Shown here: one piece after another, positions 18,473-32,244 of the stretch
Numbering within the stretch: the stretch's first letter is position 1
How the letters are laid out: every line of letters starts with the position of its first letter
Virus record (IMG/VR): IMGVR_UViG_2534682330_000007
DNA length: 49,277 nucleotides
Reading direction: 5' to 3' (one strand)
DNA from: a virus
Lineage: Duplodnaviria > Heunggongvirae > Uroviricota > Caudoviricetes
The notes under the pieces: model-generated
Databases searched by the model: none
What the model was told of the DNA's origin: nothing
The model's input: only the letters and a program-made list of their open reading frames with translations
Translations under genes and position numbers: made by a program

Positions 18473-18900
18473 CGTGAGCCCTTTTTTTTGAACTATTATT
18501 AAAAAATGATGTCACTGCGCGATAAATATTCATCTAATCAATGTGATTATTTCAAGATGTAAGTTTTGGTTTCTCGTTTGATTTGTGAAGTAGATCTCTA
18601 TTTTTATCTGAACTTTTTTCTATCGAATCCTATTCATGGCTCTTGGCTGAATAAAAATAAATCTATTAGCCAATTTATATTAACGGCTATTATTTATAAG
18701 TGCTCTATAATTTGAAGGTTCAATTTAAACCAGCTAAAAATAACACTGGAAATTATTTGTTGGTTATTTGTTGAGATTTGCTTATGTATTTGTAGTGGTG
18801 TTTTCAATACTCGGTAGCATTCTCGCAAATATCATTTAGTGGTTTACGTACGTAAAAAATTGGTTATGCTGTTAAGAGTGGTTACTTCGTCACACAGCTT

Positions 18901-18934
18901 AAACCCGCCGTCGAGCGGGTTTTTCCATTTTTTG
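18901..18934 (+). terminator. Intrinsic terminator, candidate tR' of the late operon, about 130 bp upstream of the holin
   Basis: AAACCCGC-CGTCGA-GCGGGTTT stem-loop followed by TTCCATTTTTT; the late promoter pR' and the Q utilisation site were not located. Confidence 0.5.
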
Positions 18935-19061
18935 AGTCTCGATATTAGCTGATAACCCAATACCTGAGTTATTCACTGACTCCGAGTCTGTTACGTTTCT
19001 GCTTTTTTGCGATACGTTGTATTCCCTCAATTTACACCCGCTTTGTCTGCGAGGTGGGGTT

Positions 19062-19277
19062 ATGAAATCCATGGATAAGTTAACAACGGGTGTCGCCTAT
19101 GGCACCTCAGCAGGTAGTGCCGGGTACTGGTTTTTACAGCTGCTAGATAAAGTCACGCCCTCACAGTGGGCGGCAATTGGAGTGCTGGGTAGCCTGGTAT
19201 TTGGCCTGCTGACGTACCTGACAAACCTTTATTTCAAGATTAAAGAAGACAAGCGTAAGGCTGCACGGGGAGAGTAA
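19062..19277 (+). CDS. S: Pinholin, phage 21 S21 type, with dual-start motif (MKSM)
   Basis: 71 aa [71 protein letters not shown], matching S21 as recalled. Confidence 0.92.
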
Positions 19278-19281
19278 TTCA

Positions 19282-19626
19282 ATGACTCAAAACTATGAAC
19301 TGATTGTGAAAGGGATCCGCAATTTTGAGAATAAAGTTACGGTAACTTTAGCGTTACGGGACAAAAAACGCTTTGACGGTGAAATTTTTGACCTGGACAT
19401 CTCGCTGGACCGTGTTGAAGGTGCCGCGCTGGAGTTTTATGAGGCAGCAGCCAGAAGGAGCATCAGACAGGTCTTCCTGGATGTTGCTGCCGGGTTATGT
19501 GAAGGGGATGAGCTGTCGCCGGAAAAGCGCCCCATAATTTTAGAGGCGCAGAATGTGTGGATAACCTACAAAGGAAAGCTACCGGGAAGAATTACTGGTT
19601 CTCTGAAGACTCCGCCGAAATGGTAA
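19282..19626 (+). CDS. Hypothetical protein, 114 aa, inserted between holin and endolysin
   Basis: ATG 5 nt after the holin stop with GGGGAGAG upstream; no family recognised; absent from the phage 21 and lambda lysis cassettes. Confidence 0.55.
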   Translation: MTQNYELIVKGIRNFENKVTVTLALRDKKRFDGEIFDLDISLDRVEGAALEFYEAAARRSIRQVFLDVAAGLCEGDELSPEKRPIILEAQNVWITYKGKLPGRITGSLKTPPKW

Positions 19627-19864
19627 TTTCACCAGCATATTTTTCTTCCAGTAATACCGCCAGCCACTTGAAAGAATTTTGTTGTTGCTGGGACCATTTG
19701 GGGTTGAGTGATTCAAGCTGGAGCGATGCCAGTGTTGGTTGCATTTGTTCCTTGGGAATTGAGAATGCCAGATATGAAAATGCGACAGTAAGGGCATTTA
19801 CATCATCCCGAAGCCTGGAAATGCAGTCGAGCAACTCCTGTAGAGAAATGGTGCTATTGTCCAT
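19592..19864 (-). CDS. Hypothetical protein, about 90 aa, convergent with and overlapping the 114-aa gene
   Basis: ATG at 19864 preceded by AGAGAGGA; 3' ends of the two genes overlap by 35 nt; an alternative plus-strand ORF (19557-19889) covers the same DNA. Confidence 0.45.
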   Translation of the reverse strand: MDNSTISLQELLDCISRLRDDVNALTVAFSYLAFSIPKEQMQPTLASLQLESLNPKWSQQQQNSFKWLAVLLEEKYAGEITISAESSENQ

Positions 19865-19969
19865 AAACAATCCTCTCTATTGTATTTAACTATTCCTTGC
19901 CTGATTCAACAGGCCGGGACAGATAAACATATCCAGGGTTCAGAAACCGATAAATCCTGATAAATATCC

Positions 19970-20503
19970 ATGAACGCAAAAATCAGATACGGCCTGTCGG
20001 CTGCCGTTCTGGCACTGATTGCCGTCGGTGCGCCTGCGCCTGATATTCTCGACCAGTTTCTGGATGAAAAAGAAGGTAACCACACAACGGCATACCGCGA
20101 TGGTTCCGGCATCTGGACCATCTGTCGGGGTGCCACGGTGGTGGATGGAAAACCCGTTTTTCCCGGTATGAAACTGTCGAAGGAAAAATGCGACCAGGTT
20201 AACGCCATTGAACGGGATAAGGCGCTGGCATGGGTGGAGCGCAATATTAAAGTGCCACTGACCGAACCACAGAAAGCGGGTATCGCGTCATTTTGTCCCT
20301 ATAACATTGGCCCCGGTAAGTGTTTCCCGTCGACGTTTTATAAGCGGCTGAATGCCGGTGATCGTAAAGGTGCATGCGAGGCGATTCGCTGGTGGATAAA
20401 AGATGGTGGGCGCGATTGCCGCATACGTTCAAATAACTGCTATGGACAGGTTATTCGTCGTGACCAGGAAAGCGCATTAGCCTGTTGGGGGATAGATCAG
20501 TGA
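19970..20503 (+). CDS. R: SAR endolysin (T4-lysozyme family with N-terminal signal-anchor-release domain), phage 21 R21 type
   Basis: 177 aa; N-terminal hydrophobic segment [16 protein letters not shown] then catalytic E...D...T motif region ([20 protein letters not shown]). Confidence 0.92.
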   Translation: MNAKIRYGLSAAVLALIAVGAPAPDILDQFLDEKEGNHTTAYRDGSGIWTICRGATVVDGKPVFPGMKLSKEKCDQVNAIERDKALAWVERNIKVPLTEPQKAGIASFCPYNIGPGKCFPSTFYKRLNAGDRKGACEAIRWWIKDGGRDCRIRSNNCYGQVIRRDQESALACWGIDQ

Positions 20504-20958
20504 GCAGAGTCGCCGCGATTATTTATGCTCTGGTTATCTGCATCATCGTCTGCCTGTCATGGGCTGTTAATCATTACCGTGATAACGCAATCGCCTACAA
20601 AGAGCAGCGCGATAACAAGGCCAGTGAACTGGAGAAGGCGAACGCCACCATCGCTGACATGCGGAAGCGTCAACGTGATGTAGCAGAACTCGACGCAAGA
20701 TACACAAAGGAGCTTGCTGATGCTAACGCGACTATCGAAAGTCTCCGTGTTGATGTTTCTGCTGGGCGTAAGCGCCTGCAAGTCGCCGCCACCTGTGCAA
20801 AGTCAACGACCGGAGCCAGCGGCATGGGCGATGGAGAAAGCCCAAGACTTACAGCAGATGCTGAACTCAATTATTACCGTCTCCGAAGTGGAATCGACAA
20901 GATAACCGCGCAGGTTAACTACCTGCAGGAATACATCAGGACGCAATGCCTGAAATAA
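20500..20958 (+). CDS. Rz: Rz i-spanin (GTG start overlapping the endolysin stop)
   Basis: [65 protein letters not shown] resembles lambda Rz; single N-terminal transmembrane helix. Confidence 0.85.
   Translation: MSRVAAIIYALVICIIVCLSWAVNHYRDNAIAYKEQRDNKASELEKANATIADMRKRQRDVAELDARYTKELADANATIESLRVDVSAGRKRLQVAATCAKSTTGASGMGDGESPRLTADAELNYYRLRSGIDKITAQVNYLQEYIRTQCLK
20720..20905 (+). CDS. Rz1: Rz1 o-spanin lipoprotein, embedded in the +1 frame of Rz
   Basis: ATG 20720 with AAGGAG 7 nt upstream; [33 protein letters not shown] has a lipobox-like LGVSAC and a proline-rich stretch. Confidence 0.7.
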   Translation: MLTRLSKVSVLMFLLGVSACKSPPPVQSQRPEPAAWAMEKAQDLQQMLNSIITVSEVESTR

Positions 20959-20989
20959 TTTTTTTGCAAATCACAAAGTCCATTTAATG

Positions 20990-21047
20990 AGCCTCGCGAT
21001 GCGGGGCTTTTTTGCAATAAATGCGTACCGCAACGCATGTTTTTTTT
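20990..21047 (+). terminator. Two tandem intrinsic terminators after the lysis genes
   Basis: GCCTCGCG-AT-GCGGGGC plus T6 (20990-21013) and ATGCGT-ACCGCA-ACGCAT plus T8 (21021-21047). Confidence 0.55.
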
Positions 21048-21162
21048 ACACCGAACCTGCCCCTTTGGAATGGGCCTTTGAGGATACCAGTTAGTGCTGG
21101 CGAGCCTCGGTGGGCTGGTTTCCTGTGCGGCAAAGGTTCATTTCAAATGGTAGGTAAACGTT

Positions 21163-21684
21163 ATGAATATCGTGCCACTTAATTACAAAGGTGAAATTGT
21201 CAGTTTCAACACTGATGGTTGGATCAACGTCACAGGTGTTGCTGAGAGATTTGGGAAACGCATTGATAACTGGATGCGTTTGGCAGAAACGCTTGAATAC
21301 GTTCGTGCTTTAGACGAAGCGTTGACCGGGAAAGAATCTCAAATTTTACATCCCTCACAATCGAGGTATGTAAAAACCAGCAAGGCACGAAAGGACAGGG
21401 GTGGTGGTACGTGGCTACATCCAAAACTTTCAGTTGCATTTGCCCGTTGGTGTGATGCTCGTTTTGCTGTGTGGTGCGACCTGCACATTGATAGTCTGCT
21501 TCGCGGTGAACTGACTGAGCAGCAGAAATATGAGCAAGCATGTCGCATTCGCGATGACCGGAAATCAAAAGCCAGCAATGGGGCAAGAGAGATGGCTCGC
21601 TGGCGATGGGATAAGCCGGTTATTGAAGCAAATGTTGAGTACTGGCGCGAGCAACTGCAGTTGACTCTCGATATCGCGTGCTGA
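21163..21684 (+). CDS. KilA-N domain protein, 173 aa
   Basis: N-terminus MNIVPLNYKGEIVSFNTDGWINVTGVAERFGKRIDNWMRLAETLEYVRAL typical of the KilA-N DNA-binding domain. Confidence 0.7.
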   Translation: MNIVPLNYKGEIVSFNTDGWINVTGVAERFGKRIDNWMRLAETLEYVRALDEALTGKESQILHPSQSRYVKTSKARKDRGGGTWLHPKLSVAFARWCDARFAVWCDLHIDSLLRGELTEQQKYEQACRIRDDRKSKASNGAREMARWRWDKPVIEANVEYWREQLQLTLDIAC

Positions 21685-22393
21685 TGGCAAACGCAAAACT
21701 GCGTTATCGAAAAAATCAAAGCATTACTAGAACTGAGCAACGGCTATCCATTACAAAGCCCATCTACGGGTGGGCTTGATAATGAAACCGTGATTTACAT
21801 CCCCACAATCCGGGTATGTAAAAGATAGTTCAGGCGAGAACGGATTTAACTAAATCTGTGCGCCACCAGTTAACGGCAGTACCACGAAACAACCCAAGCC
21901 AGTAAGTGGGGAAATAACACCGGCAGCCACTGAAAGATGAACCTCCTGCCTTATGGCAAAAAGGATTCTTTGTGGTGGCGGACTGATGGAAAGACATCCT
22001 AATTTCAGCCAAACATTGAAGGAGTTGTTATGTCAGCAGAAGGTTTCAATAACCCATCAAAATTCCGGGATGAGTGGGATAGCAGCGTAAAGAGTAAGTG
22101 ATGCCATCACAAAAGCCATTCCCTACAGAGTGGCTTTGATAATGGCTTATACCCTACACGGGATAACTTAACTGATATCCCTTTTAAAGGATAAAGGTAT
22201 TCAAGCCTGACACATCATGCGCTGTATCGTCGCCGTATTCCCGTATTAACAGAGACCGTAGCCCGACGGGGAACTCCTTCTGCGCGAGTGTGCGGGAATA
22301 ATCAAAAACGATGCACACCGGGGTTACCGGGTACACATATTTCATCATGCCAGCGAGTCCGGTTCTGGCACGGAAGAAACCGGACGTTATGAT

Positions 22394-22804
22394 TTAGTGC
22401 GGAAATATTTGTGTAGTGTTCTGAATGTTCTCAGTAAAGAGTAATGAATTATCAAAGGTATAGTAATACCTTTTGTTTTCGTGGATATTTGTAATCCATC
22501 TGAAAACCCCTGCTGTAGCAAGATTTTTCCTGTATTCGTAAAATGATAACTCTCCTGATTTGAATCCTTTTAATGTGGCTTCTATAAGGCATTTATTTTT
22601 TGAAAATCTTACATTTACAACCTTACCCTGTCCTTTTATTAAAACCGTATTATCGTTTTCAAGAACAAGATGAATATTCTCTGTGGCTAAATAGTAAATG
22701 TAATGTGAGACATTGTGACGTTTTAGTTCAGAATAAAACCAGTGATAGTTTAAATTATTTCGCACTTTATCGAATATTTGTTTAAAAATGGCAACCTGAG
22801 CCAT
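22394..22804 (-). CDS. ybcV: YbcV-like protein (DUF1398), 136 aa
   Basis: ATG at 22804 gives [58 protein letters not shown], as recalled for DLP12 YbcV. Confidence 0.65.
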   Translation of the reverse strand: MAQVAIFKQIFDKVRNNLNYHWFYSELKRHNVSHYIYYLATENIHLVLENDNTVLIKGQGKVVNVRFSKNKCLIEATLKGFKSGELSFYEYRKNLATAGVFRWITNIHENKRYYYTFDNSLLFTENIQNTTQIFPH

Positions 22805-22861
22805 TGTAGTACCTTCCATGTGATATGAAGGTACCTAGTCTGCACGATTATCTAAATTGCT

Positions 22862-23095
22862 TCAATCTGGTCTGACCTGCTTTCTGAGCAATTCAGTAAT
22901 GTCACTCTTTTCTTTGTTTGCTTCAGGCGAAACTCTTTTTTCTGAGCACAGTCTTCGGCGGCAGGCTTCAATGACCCAGGCTGAGAAATTCCCAGACCCT
23001 TTTTGATCAAGAGCGATGTTAATTTGTTCAATCATTTGGTTAGGAAAGCGGATGTTGCGGGTTGTTGTTCTGCGGGTTCTGTTCTTCGTTGACAT
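22862..23095 (-). CDS. Small DNA-binding protein, 77 aa, probable ribbon-helix-helix (Arc/MetJ-like)
   Basis: Basic N-terminus then RFPNQMIEQINIALDQKGSGNFSAWVIEACRRRL, a pattern typical of RHH regulators. Confidence 0.5.
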   Translation of the reverse strand: MSTKNRTRRTTTRNIRFPNQMIEQINIALDQKGSGNFSAWVIEACRRRLCSEKRVSPEANKEKSDITELLRKQVRPD

Positions 23096-23293
23096 GAGGT
23101 TGCCCTGTATTCAGTGTCGCTGATTTGTATTGTCTGAAGTTGTTTTTACGTTAAGTTGATGCAGATCAATTAATATGATACCTGCGTCATAATTGATTAT
23201 TTGACGTGGTTTGATGGCGTAGATGCACGTTGTGACATGCAGATGATAATTATTATCATTTTGCGGGTCATTTCCGGCGATCCGACAGGTTAC

Positions 23294-23305
23294 GGGGCGG
23301 CGACC
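23294..23305. other. cosN cohesive-end site (GGGCGGCGACCT); cosB/terminase binding region extends to about 23480
   Basis: The 12-nt lambda cohesive end, preceded by ...CGACAGGTTACG (lambda right end) and followed by the lambda left-end sequence up to nu1. Confidence 0.92.
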
Positions 23306-23483
23306 TCGCGGGTTTTCGCTATTTATGAAAATTTTCCGGTTTAAGGCGTTTCCGTTCTTCTTCGTCATAACTTAATGTTTTTATTTAAAATACCCTCTGA
23401 AAAGAAAGGAAGCGACAGGTGCTGAAAGCGAGCTTTTTGGCCTCTGTCGTTTCCTTTCTCTGTTTTTGTCCGTGGAATGAACA

Positions 23484-24003
23484 ATGGAAGTCAACAAAAA
23501 GCAGCTGGCTGACATTTTCGGTGCGAGTATCCGTACCATTCAGAACTGGCAGGAACAGGGAATGCCCGTTCTGCGAGGCGGTGGCAAGGGTAATGAGGTG
23601 CTTTATGACTCTGCCGCCGTCATAAAATGGTATGCCGAAAGGGATGCTGAAATTGAGAACGAAAAGCTGCGCCGGGAGGTTGAAGAACTGCGGCAGGCCA
23701 GCGAGGCAGATCTCCAGCCAGGGACTATTGAGTACGAACGCCATCGACTTACGCGTGCGCAGGCCGACGCACAGGAACTGAAGAATGCCAGAGACTCCGC
23801 TGAAGTGGTGGAAACCGCATTCTGTACTTTCGTGTTGTCGCGGATCGCAGGTGAAATTGCCAGTATTCTCGACGGGCTCCCCCTGTCGGTGCAGCGGCGT
23901 TTTCCGGAACTGGAAAACCGACATGTTGATTTCCTGAAACGGGATATTATCAAAGCCATGAACAAAGCAGCCGCGCTGGATGAACTGATACCGGGGTTGC
24001 TGA

Positions 24004-24029
<26 letters not shown>
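23484..24029 (+). CDS. nu1: Terminase small subunit Nu1
   Basis: 181 aa MEVNKKQLADIFGASIRTIQNWQEQGMPVLRGGGKGNEVLYDSAAVIKWYAERD matches lambda Nu1. Confidence 0.97.
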
Positions 24030-27710
<3,681 letters not shown>

Positions 27711-27730
<20 letters not shown>

Positions 27731-29030
27731 TCTCCCGCATATTGCCAGCATGGCTTTTAATGAGCCGCTGATGCTTGAACCCGCCTATGCGCGGGTTTTC
27801 TTTTGTGCGCTTGCAGGCCAGCTTGGGATCAGTCGCCTGACGGATGCAGTATCCGGCGACAGCCTGACTGCCGGAGAGGCACCCGCGGCGCTGGCGTTAT
27901 CCGGTGATGATGACGGACCACGACAGGCCCGCAGTTATCAGGTCATGAACGGCATCGCCGTGCTGCCGGTGTCCGGTACGCTGGTCAGCCGGACGCGGGC
28001 GCTGCAGCCGTATTCGGGAATGACCGGTTACAACGGCATTATCGCTCGTCTGCAACAGGCTGCCAGCGATCCGATGGTGGACGGCATTCTGCTCGATATG
28101 GACACACCGGGCGGGATGGTGGCGGGAGCATTTGACTGTGCTGACATCATCGCCCGTGTGCGTGACATAAAGCCGGTATGGGCGCTGGCCAACGACATGA
28201 ACTGCAGTGCAGGTCAGCTGCTTGCCAGCGCCGCCTCCCGGCGTCTGGTCACGCAGACCGCCCGGACAGGCTCCATCGGCGTCATGATGGCTCACAGTAA
28301 TTACGGCGCTGCGCTGGAGAAACAGGGCGTGGAAATCACGCTGATTTACAGCGGCAGCCATAAGGTGGATGGCAACCCCTACAGCCATCTACCGGGTGAT
28401 GTCCGGGAGACACTGCAGTCCCGGATGGATGCAACCCGCCGGATGTTTGCGCAGAAGGTGTCGGCATATACCGGCCTGTCCGTGCAGGCTGTGCTGGATA
28501 CCGAGGCTGCAGTGTACAGCGGTCAGGAGGCCATTGATGCCGGACTGGCTGATGAACTTGTCAACAGCACCGATGCGATCACCGTTATGCGTGATGCACT
28601 GGATGCACGTAAATCCCGTCTCTCAGGAGGGCGAATGACCAAAGAGACTCAATCAACAACTGTTTCAGCCACTGCTTCGCAGGCTGACGTTACTGACGTG
28701 GTGCAAGCGACGGAGGGCGAAAACGCCAGCGCGGCGCAGCCGGACGTGAACGCGCAGATCACCGCTGCGGTTGCGGCAGAAAACAGCCGCATTATGGGGA
28801 TCCTCAACTGTGAGGAAGCTCACGGACGCGAAGAACAGGCCCGCGTGCTGGCAGAAACCCCCGGTATGACCGTGGAAACGGCCCGCCGCATTCTGGCAGC
28901 TGCACCACAGAGTGCACAGGCGCGCAGTGACACTGCTCTGGATCGTCTGATGCAGGGGGCACCGGCACCACTGGCTGCAGGTAACCCGGCATCTGATGCC
29001 GTTAACGATTTGCTGAACACACCAGTGTAA
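27711..29030 (+). CDS. C: Head maturation protease C (GTG start)
   Basis: GTG 27711 after GGAGGAGAAGA; VTAELRNLPHIASMAFNEPLMLEPAYARVFF matches lambda gpC; 439 codons. Confidence 0.93.
28425..29030 (+). CDS. nu3: Scaffold protein Nu3, in-frame internal start within C
   Basis: ATG 28425 in the C reading frame, 201 codons to the shared stop, as in lambda. Confidence 0.65.
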   Translation: MDATRRMFAQKVSAYTGLSVQAVLDTEAAVYSGQEAIDAGLADELVNSTDAITVMRDALDARKSRLSGGRMTKETQSTTVSATASQADVTDVVQATEGENASAAQPDVNAQITAAVAAENSRIMGILNCEEAHGREEQARVLAETPGMTVETARRILAAAPQSAQARSDTALDRLMQGAPAPLAAGNPASDAVNDLLNTPV

Positions 29031-29039
29031 GGGATGTTT

Positions 29040-29372
29040 ATGACGAGCAAAGAAACCTTTACCCATTACCAGCCGCTGGGCAACAGTGACCCGGCACATA
29101 CGGCAACCGCGCCCGGCGGATTGAGTGCGAAAGCGCCTGCAATGACCCCGCTGATGCTGGACACCTCCACCCGTAAGCTGGTTGCGTGGGATGGCACCAC
29201 CGACGGTACTGCCGTTGGCATTCTGGCGGTTGATGCTGACCAGACCAGCACCACGCTGACGTTCTACAAGTCCGGCACGTTCCGTTATGAGGATGTGCTC
29301 TGGCCGGAGGCTGCCAGCGACGAGACGAAAAAACGGACCGCGTTTGCCGGAACGGCAATCAGCATCGTTTAA
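29040..29372 (+). CDS. D: Head decoration protein D
   Basis: 110 aa [43 protein letters not shown] matches lambda gpD. Confidence 0.95.
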   Translation: MTSKETFTHYQPLGNSDPAHTATAPGGLSAKAPAMTPLMLDTSTRKLVAWDGTTDGTAVGILAVDADQTSTTLTFYKSGTFRYEDVLWPEAASDETKKRTAFAGTAISIV

Positions 29373-29427
29373 CCTTACCCTTCATCACTAAAGGCCGCCT
29401 GTGCGGCTTTTTTTACGGGATTTTTTT

Positions 29428-30453
29428 ATGTCGATGTACACAACCGCCCAGCTGCTGGCGGCAAATGAGCAGAAATTTAAGTTTGATCCGCTGTTTCTGC
29501 GTCTCTTTTTCCGTGAGAGCTATCCCTTCACCACGGAGAAAGTCTATCTCTCACAAATTCCGGGACTGGTAAACATGGCGCTGTACGTTTCGCCGATTGT
29601 TTCCGGTGAGGTTATCCGTTCCCGTGGCGGCTCCACCTCTGAATTTACGCCGGGATATGTCAAACCCAAGCATGAGGTGAATCCGCAGATGACCCTGCGT
29701 CGCCTGCCGGATGAAGATCCGCAGAATCTGGCGGACCCGGCTTACCGCCGCCGTCGCATCATCATGCAGAACATGCGAGACGAAGAGCTGGCCATTGCTC
29801 AGGTCGAAGAGATGCAGGCAGTTTCTGCTGTGCTTAAGGGCAAATACACCATGACCGGTGAAGCCTTCGATCCGGTTGAGGTGGATATGGGCCGCAGTGC
29901 GGCGAACAACATCACACAGTCCGGTGGTACGGAGTGGAGCAAGCGTGACAAGTCCACGTATGACCCGACCGACGATATCGAAGCCTATGCGCTGAACGCC
30001 AGCGGCGTGGTGAATATCATCGTGTTTGATCCGAAAGGCTGGGCGCTGTTCCGTTCCTTCAAAGCCGTCAGGGAGAAGCTGGATACCCGTCGCGGCTCTC
30101 ATTCCGAACTGGAGACAGCGGTAAAAGACCTGGGCAAAGCGGTGTCTTATAAGGGAATGTATGGCGATGTGGCCATCGTCGTGTATTCCGGACAGTACGT
30201 GGAAAACGGCGTCAAAAAGAACTTCCTGCCGGACAACACGATGGTGCTGGGTAACACTCATGCACGCGGTCTGCGCACCTATGGCTGTATTCAGGATGCG
30301 GATGCATTGAGTGAGGGTATTAATGCGTCTCCCCGTTATCCGAAAAACTGGAAGACATCCGGCGATCCGGCGCGAGAGTTCACCATGATTCAGTCAGCAC
30401 CGCTGATGCTGCTGGCTGATCCTGATGAGTTCGTGTCCGTTCAACTGGCGTAA
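29428..30453 (+). CDS. E: Major capsid protein E
   Basis: 341 aa from MSMYTTAQLLAANEQKFKFDPLFLRLFFRESYPF, lambda gpE. Confidence 0.97.
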   Translation: MSMYTTAQLLAANEQKFKFDPLFLRLFFRESYPFTTEKVYLSQIPGLVNMALYVSPIVSGEVIRSRGGSTSEFTPGYVKPKHEVNPQMTLRRLPDEDPQNLADPAYRRRRIIMQNMRDEELAIAQVEEMQAVSAVLKGKYTMTGEAFDPVEVDMGRSAANNITQSGGTEWSKRDKSTYDPTDDIEAYALNASGVVNIIVFDPKGWALFRSFKAVREKLDTRRGSHSELETAVKDLGKAVSYKGMYGDVAIVVYSGQYVENGVKKNFLPDNTMVLGNTHARGLRTYGCIQDADALSEGINASPRYPKNWKTSGDPAREFTMIQSAPLMLLADPDEFVSVQLA

Positions 30454-30494
30454 TCATGGCCCTTCGGGGCCATTTTCTCTCTGTGGAGGAGTCC

Positions 30495-30890
30495 ATGACG
30501 AAAGATGAACTGATTGCCCGTCTCCGTTCGCTGGGTGAGCAACTGAACCGTGATGTCAGCCTGACGGGGACGAAAGAAGAACTGGCGCTCCGTGTGGCAG
30601 AGCTGGAAGAGGAGCTTGATGACACGGATGACGCAGCCGGTCAGGACACGTCTGTCAGCCCGGAAAATGTGCTGACCGTGCATGAAAATGAGGTTGTATC
30701 AGCGCAGCCGGATACCGTGACTGATACGGCTGATCTGGTCACGGTTGTGGCACTGGTGACGCTGCATACTGATGCACTTCACGCCACGCGGGATGAGGCT
30801 GTGGCATTTGTGCTGCCGGGAACGGCGTTTCGTGTCTCTGCCGGTGTGGCAGCTGAAATGACAGAGCGCGGCCTGGCCAGAATGCAATAA
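30495..30890 (+). CDS. FI: DNA packaging protein FI
   Basis: 131 aa from MTKDELIARLRSLGEQLNRDVSLTGTKEELALRVAELEEELDD, lambda FI. Confidence 0.9.
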   Translation: MTKDELIARLRSLGEQLNRDVSLTGTKEELALRVAELEEELDDTDDAAGQDTSVSPENVLTVHENEVVSAQPDTVTDTADLVTVVALVTLHTDALHATRDEAVAFVLPGTAFRVSAGVAAEMTERGLARMQ

Positions 30891-30901
30891 CGGGAGGCGC
30901 T

Positions 30902-31255
30902 GTGGCTGATTTCGATAACCTGTTCGATGCTGCCATTGCCTGCGCCGATGAAACGATACGCGGGTACATGGGAACGTCAGCCACCATGACATCCGGTGAG
31001 CAGTCCGGTGCTGTGATACGTGGTGTTTTTGATGACCCTGAAAATATCAGCTATGCCGGACAGGGCGTGCGCGTTGAAGGCTCCAGCCCGTCCCTGTTTG
31101 TCCGGACTGATGATGTGCGGCAGCTGCGGCGCGGCGACACGCTGACCATCGGTGAGGAAAACTTCTGGATAGACCGGATTTCGCCGGATGATGGCGGAAG
31201 CTGTCATCTCTGGCTTGGGCGTGGCGTGCCGCCTGCCGTTAACCGTCGCCGCTGA
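30902..31255 (+). CDS. FII: Head completion protein FII (GTG start)
   Basis: 117 aa MADFDNLFDAAIACADETIRGYMGTSATMTSGEQSGAVIRGVFDDPENISYAGQG, lambda FII. Confidence 0.93.
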   Translation: MADFDNLFDAAIACADETIRGYMGTSATMTSGEQSGAVIRGVFDDPENISYAGQGVRVEGSSPSLFVRTDDVRQLRRGDTLTIGEENFWIDRISPDDGGSCHLWLGRGVPPAVNRRR

Positions 31256-31266
31256 AAGGGGGATGT

Positions 31267-31845
31267 ATGGCCATAAAAGGTCTTGAGCAGGCCGTTGAAA
31301 ACCTCAGCCGTATCAGCAGAACGGCGGTGCCTGGTGCCGCCGCAATGGCCATTAACCGCGTTGCGTCATCCGCGATATCGCAGTCGGTGGCACAGGTTGC
31401 CCGTGAGACAAAGGTACGCCGGAAACTGGTAAAGGAAAGGGCCAGGCTGAAAAGGGCCACGGTCAAAAATCCGCAGGCCAGAATCAGGGTTAACCGGGGG
31501 GATTTGCCCGTAATCAAGCTGGGTAACGCGCGGGTTGTCCTTTCCCGCCGCAGACGTCGTAAAAAGGGGCAGCGTTCATCCCTGAAAGGTGGCGGCAGCG
31601 TGCTTGTGGTGGGAAACCGTCGTATTCCCGGCGCGTTTATTCAGCAACTGAAAAATGGCCGGTGGCATGTCATGCAGCGTGTGGCCGGGAAAAACCGTTA
31701 CCCCATTGATGTGGTGAAAATCCCGATGGCGGTGCCGCTTACCACGGCGTTTAAACAGAATATTGAACGGATACGGCGTGAACGTCTTCCGAAAGAGCTG
31801 GGCTATGCGCTGCAGCATCAACTGAGAATGGTAATAAAGCGATGA
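31267..31845 (+). CDS. Z: Tail completion protein Z
   Basis: 192 aa MAIKGLEQAVENLSRISRTAVPGAAAMAINRVASSAISQSVAQVARETKVRRKLVKERARLKRATV, lambda gpZ. Confidence 0.95.
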   Translation: MAIKGLEQAVENLSRISRTAVPGAAAMAINRVASSAISQSVAQVARETKVRRKLVKERARLKRATVKNPQARIRVNRGDLPVIKLGNARVVLSRRRRRKKGQRSSLKGGGSVLVVGNRRIPGAFIQQLKNGRWHVMQRVAGKNRYPIDVVKIPMAVPLTTAFKQNIERIRRERLPKELGYALQHQLRMVIKR

Positions 31846-32237
31846 AACATACTGAACTCCGTGCAGCCGTACTGGATGCACTGGAGAAGCATGACACCGG
31901 GGCGACGCTTTTTGATGGTCGCCCCGCTGTTTTTGATGAGGCGGATTTTCCGGCAGTTGCCGTTTATCTCACCGGCGCTGAATACACGGGCGAAGAGCTG
32001 GACAGCGATACCTGGCAGGCGGAGCTGCATATCGAAGTTTTCCTGCCTGCTCAGGTGCCGGATTCAGAGCTGGATGCGTGGATGGAGTCCCGGATTTATC
32101 CGGTGATGAGCGATATCCCGGCACTGTCAGATTTGATCACCAGTATGGTGGCCAGCGGCTATGACTACCGGCGCGACGATGATGCGGGCCTGTGGAGTTC
32201 AGCCGATCTGACTTATGTCATTACCTATGAAATGTGA
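31842..32237 (+). CDS. U: Tail terminator U
   Basis: 131 aa [70 protein letters not shown], lambda gpU. Confidence 0.95.
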   Translation: MKHTELRAAVLDALEKHDTGATLFDGRPAVFDEADFPAVAVYLTGAEYTGEELDSDTWQAELHIEVFLPAQVPDSELDAWMESRIYPVMSDIPALSDLITSMVASGYDYRRDDDAGLWSSADLTYVITYEM

Positions 32238-32244
32238 GGACGAT

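Noticed and set aside
19557-19889. 110-aa plus-strand ORF overlapping the minus-strand 90-aa gene
   Set aside because: No convincing start context, whereas the minus-strand ORF has a good RBS; still not fully excluded, which is why the locus is flagged as a finding.
23111-23368. 85-aa minus-strand ORF
   Set aside because: It spans cosN and the lambda left-end non-coding sequence; low-complexity translation and no RBS.
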